A stretch of 64,000 nt of DNA from Patescibacteria group bacterium (lineage in GTDB: Bacteria; Patescibacteriota; Patescibacteriia; UBA9934; GWF2-40-263). The DNA lies in assembly GCA_038065075.1 (NCBI GenBank), contig JBBTRQ010000011.1:5924-69923 (forward strand). Direction: 5' to 3'. Under the pieces are notes generated by a model. That model made no database searches. It was not told the DNA's origin and was given only the letters and a program-made list of their open reading frames with translations. Positions 1-9,582 of this stretch are shown here, piece after piece. The position numbers were made by a program, and so were the translations under genes. Positions within the stretch are counted from its first letter, which is position 1; every line of letters starts with the position of its first letter.

Positions 1-1766
1 CTTGCCGATCTCGTCGCGGATGCGATCACGGGTGTACTTGGGGTCGGCGGCCGATTTTGGATCGTTGTCGTCGATGGCTTTCTTCACTTGGTCACGAGTC
101 TGTTTGATGAGCTCTTGATGCTCCTTCATGAAGATGAAGCCGCGGCTGATGATGTCTGGGTAGCCCACGATCTTGCCAGTCTTCTTTTCAATCTGGGCGA
201 TGACGATCACCATGCCGTCTTCGGCCAAGACTTGGCGGTCACGCAGAACGACTTGGGAGACGTCGCCCACGCCCAGTCCGTCGACGAACACGTAATCGGT
301 CGGGACTTTTTCGTTCGTGAGGACGCCACCGTCTTTCCAGAACTCCATGACTTGTCCGTTGTCAACGATGAAGACGTTCTCTTTTGCCCATCCCATGGAG
401 TAGGCGACTTTCGCGTTCTCGCGCAGGAGGAAGTGGTTGCCTTCGATGGGGACGTAGTATTTTGGTTTGAAGAGCGCCAGCATGAGCTTGATGTCCTCTT
501 TCTTGGCGTGACCGCCGGCGTGCACGTCCATCATTTTGTAGTTGATGACGTTGGCGCCCTTGCGATAAAGCGTGTCCATGAGGCGTTGCACAGAGCCTTC
601 GTTTCCAGGGATCACCGATGAGGAAAAGATCACCGTATCGGTTTCTCGGACGCGAACATTGCGGTGCTCGTTGTTGGCGATGCGGTTCAGAGCCGCGTTC
701 TTCTCGCCTTGAGCTCCCGTGCAGATGAGCACGATTTTTTCATCGGGATAGCCGTCCATCTGTTCGGGCTTGATGAGAGTCGATTGGTTGCACTTGATGA
801 ACCCCATGGTCTTGGCGATCTCGACGTTGGTCTTCATGGAGTAGCCGTCGATGGCAACTTTCTTTCCGAGTTTCTCGGAAGCTTCGATAATCTGCTTTAC
901 GCGGGCAAGGAGTGACGCGAACGTGCCAATGATGACACGACCAGGAGCTTTCTCAATGATCGTCGTGAGTTCTTCACCAATGACTTTCTCGGAGATCTGG
1001 TGGCCTTCATGGTTGGCGTTGGTAGAGTCGCCCATGAGGCATAGCACACCTTCTTTTCCGAGCGCCGCGATTTGTTGAAAGTCGGCGTGCTCGGTGCCTT
1101 CGGGATGGAAATCGAATTTCCAGTCGCCGGTATGGCAGACACGGCCCATGGGGGTGTCGATCACAATACCCACGGCGTCGGGAATGGAATGGTTGATGTG
1201 GAAGAAGGAGACCGTGAGGTTTCCCAGGCGCAGAACGTCGCTCACTTTCGTAATCTTCACGTTGAGCTGGCGCGTGTGGAAGTCCTCTTGGCGGCGTTTA
1301 ATGATGGCCGCGGACATGGGCAGAGCGTAGATCGGCGGGTTGCCGATGTTGGGGACGGTGTGCGGGATGGCACCGATGTGGTCGTAGTGACCATGGGTGA
1401 TGATCACGCCGCGGATGTTTTTTTCCTTCCCCTTGAGATAACTCATGTTGGGGATGATGTAGTCCACACCGGGCATGTCCTCTTCAGGGAATTGGAGACC
1501 CATGTCCACAAGGATGATGTCATTCTTGTACTCGATGAGCGTGCAGTTGCGACCGACCTCCTCACAGCCCCCGAGGACCATGATGCGAAGTTTGTCACCG
1601 GCGGGAGAGCGGATCACTTTGGTTTGTGTTTGTCCTTGTGGATCCTGGTACTGTCCTGGTCGGTTGGATCGAAAGACTCGACCTTTGAACTTAGGTTTGC
1701 CCGGTGGTCGATGTCCGGGTTTGCCAGGCTGATGCCCGGGCTTACGTGGTGATTGTTGTTGAACCA
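1..1766 (-). CDS. rnj: Ribonuclease J (metallo-beta-lactamase/beta-CASP RNase), 3' end truncated by the window edge
   Basis: My reverse-complement translation from the ATG at 1766 (rc) gives MVQQQSPRKPG...RIMVLGGCEEVGRNCTLIEY...GVIITHGHYDHIGAIP (HxHxDH)...FHINHSIPDA...HTGDWKFD...HAGGHAKKEDIKLM, the RNase J hallmarks. The ORF runs off position 1, so it is absent from the ORF track. The + strand ORFs 88-1752 are antisense artefacts. Confidence 0.8.
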
Positions 1767-1913
1767 TAAAAAAGAAAAAAGGGAATAGAGAATTTAGGGA
1801 ATTGAGGCAAGTTGGAATATTCAGTTGTGAAGGGACGAGGGAAACGGGGGTGATCTTTTGGGAAGAGACGAGCGCTGGCTCATCTCTTTGGCAAAAGGTC
1901 ATCGTTGTTGTTT

Positions 1914-1998
1914 TGGTGCGGATGGAGGGACTCGAACCCTCAAGGTTTGCACCATACGCTTCTGAGACGTACGCGTATACCAGTTCCGCCACATCCGC
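1914..1998 (-). tRNA. tRNA-Leu (anticodon CAG), type II with long variable arm, CCA encoded
   Basis: The rc reads GCGGATG-TG-GCG-GAACTGGTATA-CGC-G-TACGT-CTCAGAA-GCGTA-(13-nt variable arm)-GAGGG-TTCGAGT-CCCTC-CATCCGC-A-CCA. It folds into a cloverleaf with a 7-bp acceptor, T-loop TTCGAGT and anticodon loop CUCAGAA. Confidence 0.8.
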
Positions 1999-2011
1999 AT
2001 GGCGCCCCCCG

Positions 2012-3760
2012 TTACCGAAGGGCCTTTTTTGTTTTGATGTACCAACTCGTGATGTCCGAGAATCGGTCAGAGGGGATTACGATCTGCTCGATTCCCGGGT
2101 GCTGGAGCTTTTTGGGAAGCGCGTAGCCGTAGGTCGACTGATAGAGATACAGGACGGGAAGATCTTTGGCAAGGAGAGCCTGAAACGCTTTGTATTTTTC
2201 TGCGCGAGCCGTGGTGTCCGTCAAGGCGCGACCCTCGACCAGAAGTGTATCGACTTCACTGTTACTGTATCCGACGAGATTGAGGCCCGACCCCTTACTT
2301 TGGGAGGAATGCCAGAAGGTGTACGGATCCGGATCAGCCTCGAATAGGATTGGGGCGAGGAGGAGTTCAAAGTTGCGCGGGGCGATCACGTCGGTGGCGA
2401 TCAGTTCAGGGGAGACGAAGGAGAGTTCCACTTCCATCCAGATCGCGCGCAGGTTGCCTTGGATCTTTTCTGCGACCAGGCGCATATCAGGCAGGTCAGT
2501 GCTTGTGAGAGTAAGACGCAACGTTTTTCCGGGTTCTTCCTCTGACTGCAGGGAGGATTTCAACAGCCGAATGTCTGAGCCTTCTTCTTGTGCGTATCCG
2601 GAGTCGGTCAGAAGCGTATTGGCTACGCTTGGATCGTAGGTGTCGACGAGGGTTTCGTCATATCCGACTTGGCCCGGGAGGATCTGCGCGTGGATGACAC
2701 GGGCGGACTCCCCGTACACGTCGTTCACGAGAGTGGATTTGTCGATCGCCTTTTGGATCGCTTGGCGCACAGAGAGATCTTTGAGAGCGACACTCAAGTT
2801 TTGGTTGAAATAGAGTACGGTCTCACGCAGGCTGAAGGGTTCGACCAGCTCGACGTTGCGGTTATTCTGAACATCCTCACGAGCCTCATATCCGACCACG
2901 CTCGCCCCCTCAACATTTTTATTTGCGAGAGCTTCTTGAAGCGCGATGGCGTCTGGATAGAACTTGAAGGTCAACTCTTCAATATACGGTGCCTGCGCGT
3001 AATAGTCGTCGTTGCGTTTGAGCGTGTAACTTCGGATGGATCCTTTTTTGTCTTTGGAAAATTCCGCGAACTCATAGGGACCGGAACCGACCGGCTGAAG
3101 GTTGAGGGCGGCCAGTGGCGCGTTCTGCGGAAGGATCTCCGCCCAGAGTCCGGCCGGGAGAATCCCCACGGTGAGAGATTGGACAAACGGCGCGAATGCA
3201 CCCTCCAGAACAAACGAAACCGTTTTGTCGTCTTCTTGTACCACGGTCACGTTGTAGAATTGGTCAGCGAGGGGACTGCGGTAGCTGGTGTTTTGAATGG
3301 CATTGATGGTGAAGAGGACATCGCGCGCACGCACATCCTCGCCATTGTGGAACTTGGCGTTGTCACGAATCTTGAGGGTATAGACCGTGCCGTCTTCATT
3401 GATGGTGAGAGACTCGGCAAGATCGGGAATGAATCCTTCCTCTGGATCCCAGCGCATGAGCCCGGAGTAGATGAGGCTCGCCAGATCTTGATCGACATCG
3501 CTTTGGATGGCGTACAGAGGATTGATGAACTGTGGTTCCCCAATAAGTCCTTCCGTGTACTGTCCGCCGACCGCGGGAATTTCTACGCGGTGGCTCACGA
3601 CATACGTGCCACCCCAACCGAGAATCGAGAGGATGAGAACAACGATGGCTCCGCCTAGGATGCGGCGTTCTGTTTGCGTGAGGATGCCAGGGAGCTGTTG
3701 CCACTGCTTCCACGAGGGGAAACCCTTCATCTTTCGTACCGCAAAGACCTGACGCATGGT
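2012..3760 (-). CDS. ABC transporter substrate-binding protein, family 5 (oligopeptide/nickel-binding OppA-like) with N-terminal TM anchor
   Basis: The 603-aa ORF (track 2012..3823) begins with GTG. The first ATG gives MRQVFAVRKMKGFPSWKQWQQLPGILTQTERRILGGAIVVLILSILGWGG (TM helix), then typical SBP_bac_5 sequence (GGQYTEGLIGEPQFINPLYA..., DGTVYTLKIRDNAKFHNGEDV...). The start is uncertain between 3823 and 3760. Confidence 0.7.
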   Translation of the reverse strand, partial: TMRQVFAVRKMKGFPSWKQWQQLPGILTQTERRILGGAIVVLILSILGWGGTYVVSHRVEIPAVGGQYTEGLIGEPQFINPLYAIQSDVDQDLASLIYSGLMRWDPEEGFIPDLAESLTINEDGTVYTLKIRDNAKFHNGEDVRARDVLFTINAIQNTSYRSPLADQFYNVTVVQEDDKTVSFVLEGAFAPFVQSLTVGILPAGLWAEILPQNAPLAALNLQPVGSGPYEFAEFSKDKKGSIRSYTLKRNDDYYAQAPYIEELTFKFYPDAIALQEALANKNVEGASVVGYEAREDVQNNRNVELVEPFSLRETVLYFNQNLSVALKDLSVRQAIQKAIDKSTLVNDVYGESARVIHAQILPGQVGYDETLVDTYDPSVANTLLTDSGYAQEEGSDIRLLKSSLQSEEEPGKTLRLTLTSTDLPDMRLVAEKIQGNLRAIWMEVELSFVSPELIATDVIAPRNFELLLAPILFEADPDPYTFWHSSQSKGSGLNLVGYSNSEVDTLLVEGRALTDTTARAEKYKAFQALLAKDLPVLYLYQSTYGYALPKKLQHPGIEQIVIPSDRFSDITSWYIKTKKALR

Positions 3761-3840
3761 GAGGTCATGGGCTCTGGATTTCGGATCCCTGTCTCGTTTA
3801 AAGAATGTGCGTATGTCTGGCACAAGTGCGGGCGCGCTCT

Positions 3841-4062
3841 TTAGACAAGAGCATTCGCCAGAGCGACTCCAAAGAATAGAATGGACAGCACGATGGTGAG
3901 CTGAAAGAGTTTCTTTTCAGCTCCCCGTTTTGTTCGATAGACGTTTCCGCCGCCACCGAATGCCGCGCCCAGTCCCGTGCCACGAGCTTGTAGAAGGATC
4001 GCGGCGACGAGAAGAATGGCGAGGATAATTTGCGATGTGTTGAGGATCGATTCGACGTTCAT
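3841..4062 (-). CDS. secG: Preprotein translocase subunit SecG
   Basis: 73 aa with two TM segments and the SecG signature ILLQARGTGLGAAFGGGG. ATG start at 4062 (rc). Confidence 0.7.
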   Translation of the reverse strand: MNVESILNTSQIILAILLVAAILLQARGTGLGAAFGGGGNVYRTKRGAEKKLFQLTIVLSILFFGVALANALV

Positions 4063-4192
4063 AGTTCGACGTTACCCACTACGGGTACGGATTTTTGATT
4101 CGTCGAAATGCTATCAGAGAACCCTCATTTGGTCAATTCCATGATATACTTTTTCTATCATCCACGCTATTTATAGTGAGTCATATCGAACT

Positions 4193-4927
4193 ATGGAGGC
4201 AGACGCACACATCCATCGTCGCCGTGGCCTTATCGCCACGATTGTCACGCTCGCGGTCTTGGGGCTGTTGGGAGTTTTTGTAGTGCGCGTGGTGCACTAT
4301 GTCAACCTCATTCGTTCAGGGGACATCGACTATTCCTCCTTGAGTTTCAATTCCATGTTTTCCACGAGCGCCGTCTTGGCGAGCCAGCCCGTCACAGATG
4401 GGATATTCGATCTTGCGACGTTTGATGATCCGAGTTTGGGGTCTGGCTCGGCTGCCGTGACCATTGTGGAGTTTGCGGATTTCGGATGTCCTTACTCGCG
4501 TGAATCGAGTTTCATCGTGCGCGAGCTGGCCAACCAGTATCCTGAAGATGTGCGCTTCGTGTATCGAGATTTTCCGCTTTCAGATATTCATCCGATTGGG
4601 CAAAAGGCCGCGGAAGCAGGGGAATGCGCGCAGGATCAAGGAAAGTTTTGGGAGTATCACGACAAGCTCTATCAAAACCAATCGGGCTTGACACAGGAGA
4701 GCTTGGTCGAGTTTGCCGCCGAGCTCAACATGAACGCGTATCAGTTTGAGACCTGCTTGGATTCGGGTCGGTATGCAGATGAGGTCATTGAAGATTATCA
4801 AGCGGGTGTCGAAGCTGGCGTGCGCGGGACACCGACGTTTTTCGTGAACGGCAACCGTATTGCCGGCGCGATCCCGAAAGATATTTTGGACGCGATCATT
4901 CAATCCGTTTTGAATCGAGAGGAATAG
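4193..4927 (+). CDS. DsbA-like thioredoxin-fold thiol:disulfide oxidoreductase, CxxS active-site variant (CPYS)
   Basis: N-terminal TM anchor. Active site ADFGCPYSRESS reads C-P-Y-S, a CxxS variant rather than CxxC (nucleotides 4480-4500 re-read to confirm). DsbA-family downstream motif GECAQDQGKFWEYHDKLYQNQ and C-terminal GTPTFFVNG. It ends 2 nt before the next gene. Confidence 0.65.
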   Translation: MEADAHIHRRRGLIATIVTLAVLGLLGVFVVRVVHYVNLIRSGDIDYSSLSFNSMFSTSAVLASQPVTDGIFDLATFDDPSLGSGSAAVTIVEFADFGCPYSRESSFIVRELANQYPEDVRFVYRDFPLSDIHPIGQKAAEAGECAQDQGKFWEYHDKLYQNQSGLTQESLVEFAAELNMNAYQFETCLDSGRYADEVIEDYQAGVEAGVRGTPTFFVNGNRIAGAIPKDILDAIIQSVLNREE

Positions 4928-4929
4928 CT

Positions 4930-6504
4930 ATGCAACGTCGTCGACTTTTGTTCACGATCGGACTTGTCTTCATCACGGCGACGTCTTTTGTTGCTCCCGT
5001 AGAGACGTTCGCCGCCGAAGATACGTGCGAATGTTGGTGCGAAAGCAAAGAAGGAGCCGTTTCGTATGCGCAGGGAACAGATTTGGAGATACCCGCTTCA
5101 GACTGTCGTACTTTTTGTGCGCAGGACTATCCTGGGTATCAAATGGCAGTTTGTGCAACCTCGTCCAATCAGTTGCCAAGCCAAAATATCAATTGCTTTA
5201 CCGCCGATGAATGCACCAAGCAAAAGGGTGAGCCTGATAAAAAGTATCAGCCGCCGGAATGCATGAATGGCAGATATTACTGTTATCCTGATTCCTCCAA
5301 GGCGGCCAAGGTAACGCTCTCGACATCCATCGGGGGACTGCAGGTGACGGGGGATCTGGGCGAGTACATCTCCAAGGTCTACACCTGGCTCATCGGTACC
5401 GCCACGACCATTGCCATTGTCTTCATCATGGTTGCCGGATTGCGCTGGACGTTGGGAGGGTTGAGCGCGGATCAGGTGGGCAAGGCCAAGAAGCTCATCC
5501 AAAATTCCGTCACCGGCCTGGTGCTCTTGTTGGGGACCTACCTTCTGTTGGCCACGATCAACCCGCAACTGTTAAAATTGCAAGTGCCGAGATTTCCGAT
5601 GATCAAGCAGATTGGCTTGGTTACGGCGGGCACGAGTTGTGGGTATCTTACAGGGGACAATGGTTACGGCGGGCCGTACCCAGGGTCACCGCACAATAGA
5701 AGCACGTTTAGGTCAGAGGATCCCAAAGCTGGGAAGCCGTATAAGCTCGAAGATGCTACTGGTACAAAATGTGGAGACGTCGCGAAAGTCGTAGAAGATT
5801 GGGAGGGCGAATCGTTGCCAGATGGAACAACATGCACCTATGACTCCTGCCCGACTCCGCCCCCGGTTCTGACATCTGAAAATGCCAACCAGTTCACCAA
5901 GTGCTTTATCAATGTAACGGGTGGTCAGTGTCTCTCATGTGGCCAGATCGTTGTGGGGAATCTGTTTATTGAGCCCAGTTCAAGCGTGTGCGCACAGTTG
6001 TCGCTCCCAGAGAAAAGCAAACCTGTTACGAGAAAGGTCACGACGCGTGTGCGGAATTTCTGGCCAGACGCGGGTGAGTGGCAGAGGAATGTTTCCGTGC
6101 CCATCATCAACCAATGCTTTTGGACGAAAGCCGGATCCATGATGGATGGAATCAACGGTCCAATTGATGCGCTTACGTCTTCTGGCACATGTGCCATGTT
6201 ACAGATTGATTGTACGAAGATTAATGACTGCGAGGATTACGACACAGTGCCAGAGGTCGTGAACGCTCAACAAACCGCGGATTTAGAAGCTATTCGCAAT
6301 CACGGAGTGCATAATGTCGCCTACGGTTTAGCTCAGGTAAATACCGGCGATTTGTCGCTTACTTCGATTTGCAATGATGATCCTTGCGAAGTTGAGGTGG
6401 AGGGAAAGACACAGTGTCGGAGCAACCAACTAGAACCACGTGTTGAATCTTGGACGGAGTTTGTCTCTTTACAGGGGAACGATTGCGTGACAGTGAACGA
6501 TTGA
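4930..6504 (+). CDS. Secreted Cys-rich (26 Cys) membrane protein with central TrbC/VirB2-like pilin-type double-TM domain
   Basis: Signal peptide MQRRRLLFTIGLVFITATSFVAPVETFA. Cys-rich N-terminal region. Core KVYTWLIGTATTIAIVFIMVAGLRWTLGGLSADQVGKAKKLIQNSVTGLVLLLGTYLLLATINPQLL resembles T4SS pilin TrbC/VirB2 and CPR 'pilin-like' proteins. Cys-rich C-terminal ~300 aa. Confidence 0.5.
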   Translation: MQRRRLLFTIGLVFITATSFVAPVETFAAEDTCECWCESKEGAVSYAQGTDLEIPASDCRTFCAQDYPGYQMAVCATSSNQLPSQNINCFTADECTKQKGEPDKKYQPPECMNGRYYCYPDSSKAAKVTLSTSIGGLQVTGDLGEYISKVYTWLIGTATTIAIVFIMVAGLRWTLGGLSADQVGKAKKLIQNSVTGLVLLLGTYLLLATINPQLLKLQVPRFPMIKQIGLVTAGTSCGYLTGDNGYGGPYPGSPHNRSTFRSEDPKAGKPYKLEDATGTKCGDVAKVVEDWEGESLPDGTTCTYDSCPTPPPVLTSENANQFTKCFINVTGGQCLSCGQIVVGNLFIEPSSSVCAQLSLPEKSKPVTRKVTTRVRNFWPDAGEWQRNVSVPIINQCFWTKAGSMMDGINGPIDALTSSGTCAMLQIDCTKINDCEDYDTVPEVVNAQQTADLEAIRNHGVHNVAYGLAQVNTGDLSLTSICNDDPCEVEVEGKTQCRSNQLEPRVESWTEFVSLQGNDCVTVND

Positions 6505-6513
6505 GATTTCATG

Positions 6514-6548
6514 CACCGGGCGCAACTCTTGCCCGGTGTTTTGTTTTG
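6514..6548 (+). terminator. Rho-independent terminator after the Cys-rich protein gene
   Basis: CACCGGGC-gcaactctt-GCCCGGTG hairpin followed by TTTTGTTTTG. Confidence 0.55.
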
Positions 6549-6587
6549 TGGTAGTGTGGCGAGCGCTTTATAGCCACAGATTTCATA

Positions 6588-6601
6588 GGGGCTTTAGCCC
6601 C
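6588..6601. repeat. GC hairpin GGGGCTTTAGCCCC inside a 25-nt exact repeat (TTTCATAGGGGCTTTAGCCCCGTCC) whose second copy sits at ~32893-32917 in inverted orientation
   Basis: Direct comparison: 6581-6605 equals the reverse complement of ~32893-32917 over 25 nt. Confidence 0.6.
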
Positions 6602-6672
6602 GTCCGTGTTCGACGCCCCTCCCGCCGTCGCTGAAGCTATGGCGGGCAGGAAAGGGGCTGTGAAGATTTATT

Positions 6673-9549
6673 ATGTCCAACAAGATTTCTGTTCGAGGAG
6701 CCCGCGTTCACAACCTCAAGAACATCAGTGTCGACATCCCAAAGAATCAGCTCGTCGTCATTACCGGTCTTTCCGGTTCGGGGAAATCCTCTCTGGCCTT
6801 TGACACCATTTACGCCGAAGGTCAGCGCCGCTACATGGAGTCGCTGTCTTCTTACGCCCGTCAGTTCCTTGAGCTTCAAGACAAACCAGACGTCGATGAG
6901 ATCCTTGGTCTCTCGCCGACGATCGCCATCGACCAAAAATCTTCGTCGCACAACCCGCGCTCTACCGTGGGGACCGTGACGGAGATTTATGATTTTTTAC
7001 GCGTCTTGTTCGCGCGTGCCGGCCGACCGCATTGTCCAAAATGTGGCGCACCGGTGTCTGAGCAGTCACTTCCGCAGATCGTGACACAGGTGAGCAAGTC
7101 GCTCGGGGAAAACCGTATCCTCCTCTTGGCTCCCGTTGTTCACCAACTTAAAGGCGAGCACAAACCTGCCTTGCAGGGCGCGCTCAATGCCGGGTTTACG
7201 CGTGTGCGTTTTGATGGATTTTTGATGGACACGCAAGAGGCGCTCACGATGCGCAAAGATAAGAAGAAGGATCACGACATCGACGTCGTCATATTCGATT
7301 TTGACCCGACTCAGACGTACTCCATGGAAACGGTGACCGTGCAAGTTCAGAAAGCCCTTGAGTATGGCAATGGTTTCGTGACGCTTTTGAACGACGACAA
7401 CGGAGACGAGTCCACCCTCTCTCAAAGTTTCATGTGCACCAACTGCAACCTCAACCTTCCTAAACCTGAACCGCGACTCTTCTCGTTTAACTCTCCGTTC
7501 GGTGCCTGCCCAGAATGTACGGGCCTAGGGGAGAAGCTTGTGCTTGAACCGGATCTCGTGATCCCTAACCGTCGCCTCACGTTTGAAGAGGGAGCCGTGC
7601 GGCCATGGACGCGCATTGCCGGCAACCAGACGAGCTACATGGACATCTTGAAGCTGGTCGCGAAGAAACATCGCATCCCCATGGACGCGCCCATCAGCAA
7701 AATCGCCAAGGCAAAATTAGAATTGCTTCTGAACGGAACGGGTGATGACGAGTACTCGTACAAGGGTGAGATGGTGACGTTCCCTGGAATCCTCGTCCAA
7801 CTTGAGCAGAAGTACCGCGAAACGGATTCTGAGTATGTCCGTGCTGAACTCGAGGGCTATATGCGCCGCATGCTATGTCCCCGTTGTCAGGGGAAACGTC
7901 TCCAGCCATCGGTGTTGGCGATCACCATTGCAGACAAATCGATTTCGGATGTCGTGAATATGCCCGTGGAGGAAGTGAAGGAATTTTTTGAGAAGGTAGC
8001 GAAGGTGGAACCCGCCTTCGCCAAGGCTATGGCGGGCAAGAAGGTGGCGAAGGTGGAAAAGGGACTCACGAATGAGGAGCGTCTTGTGGTGGAGCGCGTC
8101 GCCAAGGAGGTGCGGGCTCGCATCGACCAGCTCATGCAGGTTGGCCTTGGGTATCTCACCCTCGACCGTAGTGCGATGACGCTTTCGGGCGGAGAGAGCC
8201 AGCGCGTGCGGCTTGCGACCCAGCTTGGCAGTCAGCTCTCCGGTGTTATCTATATTTTGGATGAGCCCTCCATCGGTCTGCACCCACGCGACAACGACCA
8301 TCTCATTGAAACGATCCGTGCGCTGAAAGACTTTGGCAACTCTGTCATCGTCGTCGAGCACGATAAGGCCATGATCGAGGCGGCCGACTATGTGTTTGAT
8401 GTGGGTCCGGGTGCGGGCGAGTACGGCGGACAGATCGTCGCGGAAGGAACGCCTGCCCAGATCAAGAAGAATAAAGATTCGCTCACGGGCCAATACCTCA
8501 CGGGCAAGAAAGAGATTCCGCTCCCGAAGAAGTACCGCAAAGGAAATGGCAAGAAGATTACCGTGCAAGGGGCAACCGCGTTCAACCTCAAGAACGTCGA
8601 CGTCGATATCCCACTTGGAAAACTTGTCTGCGTGACAGGCGTTTCAGGATCGGGAAAGTCGACGCTCATTTTGGATATCTTAGGCAAGGCGCTGAGCCGG
8701 AAGTTTTACCGCGCCAAGGTGTATCCGGGTGACCACAAGGCAATCCACGGCATTGAGAACATCGACAAGGTCGTTGCGGTGGACCAGTCGCCGATTGGTC
8801 GAACCCCGCGTTCCAACCCAGCAACGTACACCGGCGTCTTCACGGCGATCCGAGATCTCTTCACAGATCAACCTGAAGCGAAGATGCGCAAGTTTGACGC
8901 CGGCAAGTTTAGTTTCAACGTGAAGGGTGGAGGACGTTGTGAAGCCTGCGGGGGAGATGGCATGCGTCGGATTGAAATGCAGTTCTTGCCCGACGTGTAC
9001 GTCGAGTGTTCCGAGTGCCGTGGCACGCGCTACAACCAAGAGGCGCTTGAGATCCACTACAAACAAAAACACATCGCCGATGTGCTCAACATGACGGTGG
9101 AGGAGGCGCGTCGCTTCTTCGCAGATCAGACGGCGATCTTTGATAAGCTCAACATCCTGCACGAGGTGGGACTGGGATACCTGCGCCTTGGACAGAGCGC
9201 CACAACGCTCTCCGGCGGAGAGGCTCAGCGCGTGAAACTCGCCACCGAGCTTTCTCGTCGCGCCACCGGCCGGACACTCTACATTCTGGACGAGCCCACG
9301 ACAGGTCTTCACTTCGAAGACATCAAGCGGCTCCTGGGCGTCTTGCACCAGCTGGTCGACAAAGGGAACACCGTCGTCATCATCGAGCACAACCTCGACG
9401 TCGTGAAAGGCGCTGACTGGGTGATCGACATGGGACCCGACGGGGGCATTAAGGGGGGAGAAGTAGTGGCCGTTGGTACACCTAAAGATATTGTGAAGAT
9501 AAAGAGGAGTATCACTGGACAGTACCTAAAAGCAGTCTTGAAAGGTTGA
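6673..9549 (+). CDS. uvrA: Excinuclease ABC subunit A (UvrA)
   Basis: 958 aa. Two ABC ATPase modules (GLSGSGKSSLAF... and GVSGSGKSTL...), LSGGE signatures x2, and Zn-finger Cys clusters (CPKCG, CTNCN, CPECTG, CEACGGDG...CSECRG). Confidence 0.95.
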   Translation: MSNKISVRGARVHNLKNISVDIPKNQLVVITGLSGSGKSSLAFDTIYAEGQRRYMESLSSYARQFLELQDKPDVDEILGLSPTIAIDQKSSSHNPRSTVGTVTEIYDFLRVLFARAGRPHCPKCGAPVSEQSLPQIVTQVSKSLGENRILLLAPVVHQLKGEHKPALQGALNAGFTRVRFDGFLMDTQEALTMRKDKKKDHDIDVVIFDFDPTQTYSMETVTVQVQKALEYGNGFVTLLNDDNGDESTLSQSFMCTNCNLNLPKPEPRLFSFNSPFGACPECTGLGEKLVLEPDLVIPNRRLTFEEGAVRPWTRIAGNQTSYMDILKLVAKKHRIPMDAPISKIAKAKLELLLNGTGDDEYSYKGEMVTFPGILVQLEQKYRETDSEYVRAELEGYMRRMLCPRCQGKRLQPSVLAITIADKSISDVVNMPVEEVKEFFEKVAKVEPAFAKAMAGKKVAKVEKGLTNEERLVVERVAKEVRARIDQLMQVGLGYLTLDRSAMTLSGGESQRVRLATQLGSQLSGVIYILDEPSIGLHPRDNDHLIETIRALKDFGNSVIVVEHDKAMIEAADYVFDVGPGAGEYGGQIVAEGTPAQIKKNKDSLTGQYLTGKKEIPLPKKYRKGNGKKITVQGATAFNLKNVDVDIPLGKLVCVTGVSGSGKSTLILDILGKALSRKFYRAKVYPGDHKAIHGIENIDKVVAVDQSPIGRTPRSNPATYTGVFTAIRDLFTDQPEAKMRKFDAGKFSFNVKGGGRCEACGGDGMRRIEMQFLPDVYVECSECRGTRYNQEALEIHYKQKHIADVLNMTVEEARRFFADQTAIFDKLNILHEVGLGYLRLGQSATTLSGGEAQRVKLATELSRRATGRTLYILDEPTTGLHFEDIKRLLGVLHQLVDKGNTVVIIEHNLDVVKGADWVIDMGPDGGIKGGEVVAVGTPKDIVKIKRSITGQYLKAVLKG
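7993..8058 (+). repeat. 66-nt in-frame mini-insertion in uvrA with 18-bp direct repeats flanking a 27-nt palindromic core; a diverged copy lies in the uvrA 5' leader at ~6615-6660
   Basis: AAGGTAGCGAAGGTGGAA - CCCGCCttcgccaaggctatGGCGGGC - aag - AAGGTGGCGAAGGTGGAA encodes KVAKVEPAFAKAMAGKKVAKVE. The leader copy CCCGCCgtcgctgaagctatGGCGGGCaggaaaggggctgtgaag matches roughly 35 of 46 positions. Confidence 0.45.
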
Positions 9550-9582
9550 CGTATTTAGGAAAATAGGCTAGTTTTGTTCGCT

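Noticed and set aside
88-1752. Plus-strand ORFs 88..621, 664..915, 1072..1752 and the minus ORF 897..1142
   Set aside because: Their translations are low-complexity D/V/H/G-rich antisense products. The opposite strand encodes a continuous, clearly recognisable RNase J that runs off the window edge and is therefore missing from the ORF track.
1905-2126. ORF 1905..2126 (+, 73 aa) overlapping tRNA-Leu
   Set aside because: It starts with TTG and is entirely antisense to a well-folded tRNA-Leu(CAG). It has no coding signal.
2588-3658. 356-aa plus-strand ORF inside the SBP gene
   Set aside because: Antisense to the family-5 substrate-binding protein gene, whose product has clear homology. Its composition is typical of a shadow ORF.
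6606-6803. ORF 6606..6803 (+) upstream of and overlapping the uvrA start
   Set aside because: It overlaps the uvrA start in another frame. Its only notable feature is the nucleotide-level mini-repeat shared with the uvrA interior, so I treat it as leader sequence rather than a gene.
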